Below are positions 14,758-19,463 of a stretch of DNA of 19,463 nucleotides, in pieces. The stretch comes from a virus (taxonomy: Duplodnaviria > Heunggongvirae > Uroviricota > Caudoviricetes). The notes below the pieces were generated by a model that was given only the letters and a program-made list of their open reading frames with translations, searched no databases and had not been told where the DNA came from. The position numbers were made by a program, and so were the translations under genes. Numbering within the stretch: the first letter of the stretch is position 1; each line of letters begins with the position of its first letter. The stretch is taken from positions 64,001 to 83,463 of the IMG/VR virus record IMGVR_UViG_3300035241_000016; one strand, 5' to 3'.

Positions 14758-16212
14758 TCAGGCAGCGATACGGCCGGCGCGCGGTGCCTGAAACCCCGGC
14801 AGCGTCTTCTTGACCGCATCCAGCACGTCGTTGGCGCTGTAGCCCTTGTCCTCGTAAGTGCCGAGCAGGAACTGTTGGGTGTCGGGGTCGAGATCCAGCC
14901 AGTTGCGCGCCACGATCTTGTTCGGCGTCGGCAACGCCTGCATGTAGTCCTGCTTCGTGGCCGTTGCCACCTTGACCGGACCACCGTTGACGGCCTGCTG
15001 ACCGGCCGAGTCGGTACCCGTTACTGCAGGAGCGGAGAATTGCTGAACCGCCGGTGCTGGCGTGGGCGCTGGAGGCGGCGCCAGCGGCTGGGCCGTGAAG
15101 GGCATGTTCTGCTGAATGCGCTGGCCCGCAGCTGATCGCGCTCCGGTGTTATAGCGGGCGCTCTCGCTTGTCTCGAAGCGGCCCTTATTGGCGTCGTACC
15201 AGGCGTCGAAGTCGGCGCCATCGAACTGGTTGTGCGTCCTGGCGTACTCGGCTGCCATCTCGGGCGACACCCAATCGCCGCGAGGGCTCGATGGCCCCCG
15301 ACCAGAGAGGGCGGTCGTGTAGATGGCGTTCCGATCGACGTAGTCGGTATTGGCCGGCAACCAGTTGCGGGCGTCGGTCTCGGCGCCACCGCCGGGATGT
15401 GCCGCCGCGTAGGCGTTGGCCTGCTCAGGCGTGGCCCCCACGTTGAGGGCTGCCTGACGCGACTGCGCCGAATAGTCGGGTGCAGGTGTCGGTGCGCCGG
15501 CCCAGCTGACCTTCGGCTGTTCCGCGGCGGCTGTGCCTCCAGACCCAGTTCCGCTGATATCCTCAGCCAGGCTGCCCAGCGTGAGCGGCTCTACCTTGGC
15601 CTGCGGAGCCTGGAAGCCCGCGAGCTCCTTGCGGCCGGCGATGGCATCCACAGCGTTGCTCAGGCCCATCTCGTTCAGCCCATGCAGCACCGCCTGTTGG
15701 GCGAGGGCATCACGCGGGCCCTTCAGTGATGCCGCCAGTTGCAGCGCGCCCAGTCCCTGGTTGAACTGCTGCTGTTGGGCCTGCATTGTGGGCTGGCCCT
15801 GGTACACACCAGTGAGCGCGGCCTCGCTGAGCGGGAGGCTCATGGCAAACTGCTTGGCCGCCTGCGTGGGCTGGCCGTTGTACTCGCCGGTAGTCCCCGC
15901 CACACTGAGACCGAATTGCAAATCCCACCGACGCTTCAGCTCGTCGAACTGCTTGTCCGACATGTTGCCGATAGCCTGGAGGCCTGCGTTGATCCTGGCC
16001 TCATCGTCAGCACTCATGGGGACGCCGTTGGTAGGAGCCGTCAACGCTTTCAGCGGGGTAGGCGCCGGTGGAGCCGCGGATAACCCGTTGATCTGGTTGT
16101 ACTTCTTCTGTGCCTCTTCCTGGGACGTGTACGTGCCGTACCGGCCGCCGGTCAGGTTATCGATAACCCAGCCATCACCTGGCACGTAGAACGGGTAGGT
16201 CGTTGTCGCCAC
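14758..16212 (-). CDS. Putative internal virion/ejection protein (484 aa)
   Basis: Strong SD GAGGAGG, TAGTG overlap; Ala/Gln/Gly-rich; 26-aa repeats TG.Y.GQPT..A..QF. Confidence 0.75.
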   Translation of the reverse strand: MATTTYPFYVPGDGWVIDNLTGGRYGTYTSQEEAQKKYNQINGLSAAPPAPTPLKALTAPTNGVPMSADDEARINAGLQAIGNMSDKQFDELKRRWDLQFGLSVAGTTGEYNGQPTQAAKQFAMSLPLSEAALTGVYQGQPTMQAQQQQFNQGLGALQLAASLKGPRDALAQQAVLHGLNEMGLSNAVDAIAGRKELAGFQAPQAKVEPLTLGSLAEDISGTGSGGTAAAEQPKVSWAGAPTPAPDYSAQSRQAALNVGATPEQANAYAAAHPGGGAETDARNWLPANTDYVDRNAIYTTALSGRGPSSPRGDWVSPEMAAEYARTHNQFDGADFDAWYDANKGRFETSESARYNTGARSAAGQRIQQNMPFTAQPLAPPPAPTPAPAVQQFSAPAVTGTDSAGQQAVNGGPVKVATATKQDYMQALPTPNKIVARNWLDLDPDTQQFLLGTYEDKGYSANDVLDAVKKTLPGFQAPRAGRIAA

Positions 16213-17957
16213 TACATCCTCCTCACTGTCAGCTTCTGCAGCGTAGGAACCGGAAACGGCGTGTCAGCGCCCGCACTGCCATACCTCGTCGGACCGCCTG
16301 GAACAATCACTGCGACTCCAGGCCGCCGATAGGTGTTCTCCATATCCGCCAGCGTCTCGGGATCCGGTGTGTGCTCACCAAACCAGCGTCCGTCCGGGTC
16401 CACGCCCAGCCGCCAGGCGTACTGCTCCTCCTGGCTTGGCACGTAGGCGGTGCCGACCTGGAACCCTGCATGCGGGTATTTCGGCGTCATATCCTCTGGC
16501 GCGAAGTCCCCAGGCCTCGCCTCCTCTGGATCGAAGGGGACGGGCCTCCTGTCGCGCATGATGGCGTCGCCGCGGTAAACCATTGGCACGACGAATCCTC
16601 TGCCTCCTCGGCCTGGACCAAGGTCGCGTTGGACGTCCACCCGGTGCGTCGGCAGCACGGTCTCGCCGCCATGAACCACGGCCAGCACCGGCTCGCCAGG
16701 GCGCCCGGGCACGACGCCGCCGTCGTCGAACGAAGGCAACCAGCCAGGCTTGCCAGGATCGGTCGATGCGGCCGCGGCCTGCGCCTGGGTTGCTGCGTCG
16801 AATATCCCACCGGTGGGTGAAGGCACTACCATCTGCGCCGGACTGGTGTCCATTGCTGGGGCAGCATGGAGTGACCCAAGATCACCGACACTGGGGCCTG
16901 CCAGTCCAGGGGCGGTGAAACCGGTGGACTCCTGCACCGTGCCGGCGAGCGCTCGAGCCGCGGCGCCGAACGGTACGCCCTTCTGGTCAGAGAGAGCCGC
17001 GATCATGGTCAGCGCCTGCGACTGTTTCGGCGACAGCGGTGCACCTCCCATCGCGGCCTGGAACCGTGGCGCCATGTTCAGCAGCGCCGTGAACGCCGGT
17101 CCGGCCGCGGCTCCACCTTCTCGCCCGGCCTCGGCAATCTTGCCTGCCATCGTAAGCGCGTTCCCGAAGGTGCTCGACGCGACGGTAGCCCGATTGTTGC
17201 CCTGCGTCATCTGGGCCTCGTCAAGGTCCTTGAGGGTCGTGACCAGGTTCTGGTCAGCCGTCGTGCGCTGTGCCGCGGTCAGTCCGGTGACGGTCGACGC
17301 GATGGCGTCGTCGATGACGCCCTTTTTGGCGGCATCCCTCTGGTCAGCTGTCAGCGTGCCGTCGTCGAACTGCTTGTCTATAGCGTCGAGCTTTGGCTGC
17401 ACTCCCGCCCAGGCGGTCTGTTTCATGGCATCGATACGCGCCTGTGTCAGATCGGCCTGCGCGTCGTTCTTCTTGTTCGTGCTGGCCGATGTTGCGGTCG
17501 GTGCGGATCGGTCGACCGCGGGCTTGGCTACCTTGGGCACGACGAGCTCGCCCAGCGTGCCGTCGTCGTTCACGTTGTGCAGTCCATCGGGCGCGTTCTT
17601 TAACCGCTGCCCTGGGGACAGCGTCTTCCCAGGCAGCGGCGAGAGGACGTCGGGGTGGACCGTTACCACACCCGTGGGTGACGTCTCCACGACATGCCAG
17701 CCATCGCTCAGCTTTTCGACCCTCGAGGCGGAGAGGTCTTTCGGCTTCGGCGCTGTTGACGCGGTTGCCCTGAGGGCGGCGGTGTACGCGCTGCTGTACT
17801 GCTCGACCGCCTTCTCGTAATCTGCCGACGCCCGCGGGTCGCCTTGCGCATAGTTGGCCTGGAATTCTGCCTTACCCTCGGGGGACTTCAGGTAGTCGAG
17901 CTTCTTCTTTACCTCGTTCGCGTTCGCCTGGAGTTGGTCCGCAAGTGCGTCGGCCAT
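16212..17957 (-). CDS. Putative internal virion/pilot protein (581 aa) with tape-measure-type C-terminal motif
   Basis: ATG at 17957 (TGATG overlap, SD AGGAG); helical Ala-rich core; 'LPSFDDGGVVPG..GEPVLAVVHGGETVLP'. Confidence 0.75.
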   Translation of the reverse strand: MADALADQLQANANEVKKKLDYLKSPEGKAEFQANYAQGDPRASADYEKAVEQYSSAYTAALRATASTAPKPKDLSASRVEKLSDGWHVVETSPTGVVTVHPDVLSPLPGKTLSPGQRLKNAPDGLHNVNDDGTLGELVVPKVAKPAVDRSAPTATSASTNKKNDAQADLTQARIDAMKQTAWAGVQPKLDAIDKQFDDGTLTADQRDAAKKGVIDDAIASTVTGLTAAQRTTADQNLVTTLKDLDEAQMTQGNNRATVASSTFGNALTMAGKIAEAGREGGAAAGPAFTALLNMAPRFQAAMGGAPLSPKQSQALTMIAALSDQKGVPFGAAARALAGTVQESTGFTAPGLAGPSVGDLGSLHAAPAMDTSPAQMVVPSPTGGIFDAATQAQAAAASTDPGKPGWLPSFDDGGVVPGRPGEPVLAVVHGGETVLPTHRVDVQRDLGPGRGGRGFVVPMVYRGDAIMRDRRPVPFDPEEARPGDFAPEDMTPKYPHAGFQVGTAYVPSQEEQYAWRLGVDPDGRWFGEHTPDPETLADMENTYRRPGVAVIVPGGPTRYGSAGADTPFPVPTLQKLTVRRM

Positions 17958-18328
17958 CAAGCTTCTCCTGCTGCAGGGGATTCGTCGGCATGGGCTATGC
18001 CCGCTTCCGCTGGCTGAGCGCTCGCGGGATTCTCTCTCAAGGCTGGACCAGACAGCGCCGCTGAAGCCTGGTCTTCCACTTCCGGCGCCACCAGCCGGGC
18101 CACCTTCAAGAACTCCTCGGCCCCTAGGCGCTGACGCAGGCCCTGGCGAAAGCCCGGGTCGGCCCAGTTGCGGCGGACGTAGGCCTGGTACTCGCGCTGC
18201 GACAACTCCCGCGCGTCGTCCGGCACGCCGTCGAACAGTTGTCGCGCGTTCTGGGCGGCATCAGACTGAATCTCTCCCCATAGGCGATTGGCCATCGATT
18301 GGACCTCGTCCTTCGGTTTGGCCGTCAT
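17957..18328 (-). CDS. Small hypothetical protein (123 aa; alternative start 18295 with SD GAGGT gives 112 aa)
   Basis: Fills the gap between the portal stop and the next gene, coupled by TGATG; the 18439 start overlaps the portal and is unlikely. Confidence 0.7.
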   Translation of the reverse strand: MTAKPKDEVQSMANRLWGEIQSDAAQNARQLFDGVPDDARELSQREYQAYVRRNWADPGFRQGLRQRLGAEEFLKVARLVAPEVEDQASAALSGPALRENPASAQPAEAGIAHADESPAAGEA

Positions 18329-18341
18329 GAACACTGGCCGC

Positions 18342-19463
18342 TCATTGCAGGCTTGCCAGGGGCGCGGCGCTCGCCTCTGGCACCACGGCGCCGGGGCCAC
18401 CGCCGGGCACGCTGCCGTTGGCCGGGCCCTGGCCACCACCGCCAGGAGTCAGGGCCAGCTTTCCGACGTCGGGAATCTCCCGCGAACCTATGCTGGGTGG
18501 TGCCGCGGCCGCTGGGAACTTGCCGGTTTGGGCCACCTGGTCGGCCAGCGCCTCCTGGTCGAGCAGGTGGCCGTAGCCCATCTTCTGGGCGGTCACCTGG
18601 TCCTGCCAGCGCACGTACCAGCGCGACTGGCGCATGCGATCGAGCGCCCGGCTGCGGCGCACCTCGTCGGGGTTGCGGCCCTGCGCCTCGATGGCCTGAT
18701 CCAGGCTCTCGAAGCCGGCGTCCACCTGCTCCTTGTGGTAGCGGCCCTCGATGAGCTGGCCGGTGGGCCGCTCGGGATCGATCTCCCAGCGCAGGCCCAC
18801 GCCATCCTTCAGGTCGTCGGGGCCCAGCACCAGGAACTTCGCGCCCTTGCCGCTGCCGGCCTGCACCCACACCGGCTCCTTCACCTTGTCGGCCACCAGC
18901 CGCCACAGGAAGCGCGTGGCCTCCTCGAGCATGGTCGCCAGGTGCACGCAGAAGGGGTTGTCCTGGATCTTCGCCTCGGCGATGACCTGCGCGATGGCGA
19001 AGCCCGCGCCCTCCATGCCGGCGCCGAGCTGGTTGGGCAGCCGCGGGCTGGAAAGCTGCTCGATGAGGCGGCTGACCAGCTCGATCTCCCGCGCCAGCGA
19101 TTGCGGATCCGGCCGCACGGGGAAGGGCTTCATCTGGTGGCCGGGCTGCATGTACAGGATCTGCCGCAGCTTCCAGTCCTCGGATTTCTTGGGCTTGCCG
19201 TCCATGCCCAGCACCGGCGCGGCGGTGTCCAGCGCCTCGTCCACCACGGGGGCGAAGGCATCGATGGCCACGATGTTGGCGTGCACCGTGAGCAGGTAGG
19301 AGCGGTACTCGACCAGCCAGCGCTTCATTTCGGCCACGCCCCAGCCCACCTTGCGGTTGGTCCAGTAGCCGAACATCAGGCCGGGCGCCTGGAAGTAGGG
19401 CACCTGCTTGTAGCCGTGCTGCCACTGGGCCACCTGCTGGGCCGCGTTGCCGACGCCGCTTAT
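18342..19463 (-). CDS. Portal (head-tail connector) protein, C-terminal part; 5' end outside window
   Basis: Frame open to the window edge (373 aa visible); 'VPYFQAPG...GWGVAE...L..Y..YLLT...N......P' pattern, a helical crown and a Gly/Pro tail as in podovirus portals. Confidence 0.8.
   Translation of the reverse strand: MSGVGNAAQQVAQWQHGYKQVPYFQAPGLMFGYWTNRKVGWGVAEMKRWLVEYRSYLLTVHANIVAIDAFAPVVDEALDTAAPVLGMDGKPKKSEDWKLRQILYMQPGHQMKPFPVRPDPQSLAREIELVSRLIEQLSSPRLPNQLGAGMEGAGFAIAQVIAEAKIQDNPFCVHLATMLEEATRFLWRLVADKVKEPVWVQAGSGKGAKFLVLGPDDLKDGVGLRWEIDPERPTGQLIEGRYHKEQVDAGFESLDQAIEAQGRNPDEVRRSRALDRMRQSRWYVRWQDQVTAQKMGYGHLLDQEALADQVAQTGKFPAAAAPPSIGSREIPDVGKLALTPGGGGQGPANGSVPGGGPGAVVPEASAAPLASLQ

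Larger units (their letters stand above)
1..19463 (-). mobile_element. Phage/prophage virion morphogenesis region (podovirus-like: portal, ejection proteins, scaffold, major capsid, decoration-like proteins)
   Basis: Tightly packed, translationally coupled minus-strand ORFs (TGATG/TAGTG overlaps at 17957, 16212, 3020; 1-nt gaps at 4155, 3509) including recognisable portal, scaffold and capsid proteins. No att site or integrase in the window. Confidence 0.93.

Noticed and set aside
17520-17723. Weak tandem repeat R.....DG.H.V.....G in the 581-aa protein
   Set aside because: Too few identities to separate from chance by eye.
18325-19425. 366-aa alternative-frame ORF overlapping the portal (also 36..431 and other Arg/Gly/Pro-rich ORFs)
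   Set aside because: Arg/Ala/Gly/Pro-rich off-frame translation typical of high-GC DNA.
1-19463. CRISPR array, tRNA, diversity-generating retroelement, intein or recoded stop codons
   Set aside because: No spaced repeats, cloverleaf, reverse transcriptase or template/variable repeat pair, or intein motifs were seen. All three stop codons end normally coupled genes, so genome-wide recoding is not supported.

Overview
The window is a high-GC fragment of a tailed dsDNA phage or prophage morphogenesis module with a podovirus-like gene set, almost all on the minus strand. In transcription order it encodes the C-terminal part of a portal protein (runs off the right edge), a small hypothetical protein, and three probable internal virion/DNA-ejection proteins of 581, 484 and 2106 aa. 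The largest carries two tandem papain-fold C39-like peptidase domains at its N-terminus. Next comes a ~2 kb accessory island (~6450-8420) wedged into the late operon, then the scaffold, an HK97-fold major capsid protein, two hypotheticals, five consecutive beta-sandwich proteins (one with a Sec signal peptide) and a 15-aa Lys/Gly-rich micro-ORF that the ORF track misses. The island has a divergent switch: XRE HTH plus a stand-alone DUF1828 leftward, and DUF2958, a small Cys/His protein and a SWIM-finger protein rightward. A canonical sigma70-type promoter there is overlaid by five phased 11-bp repeats. No integrase, terminase, tRNA, CRISPR array or reverse transcriptase is visible, so lifestyle and host cannot be determined; Pro/Thr-linker style and GC content loosely suggest a Chloroflexota- or Actinomycetota-like host (inference only). 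All family calls come from motif recognition by eye, not database searches.
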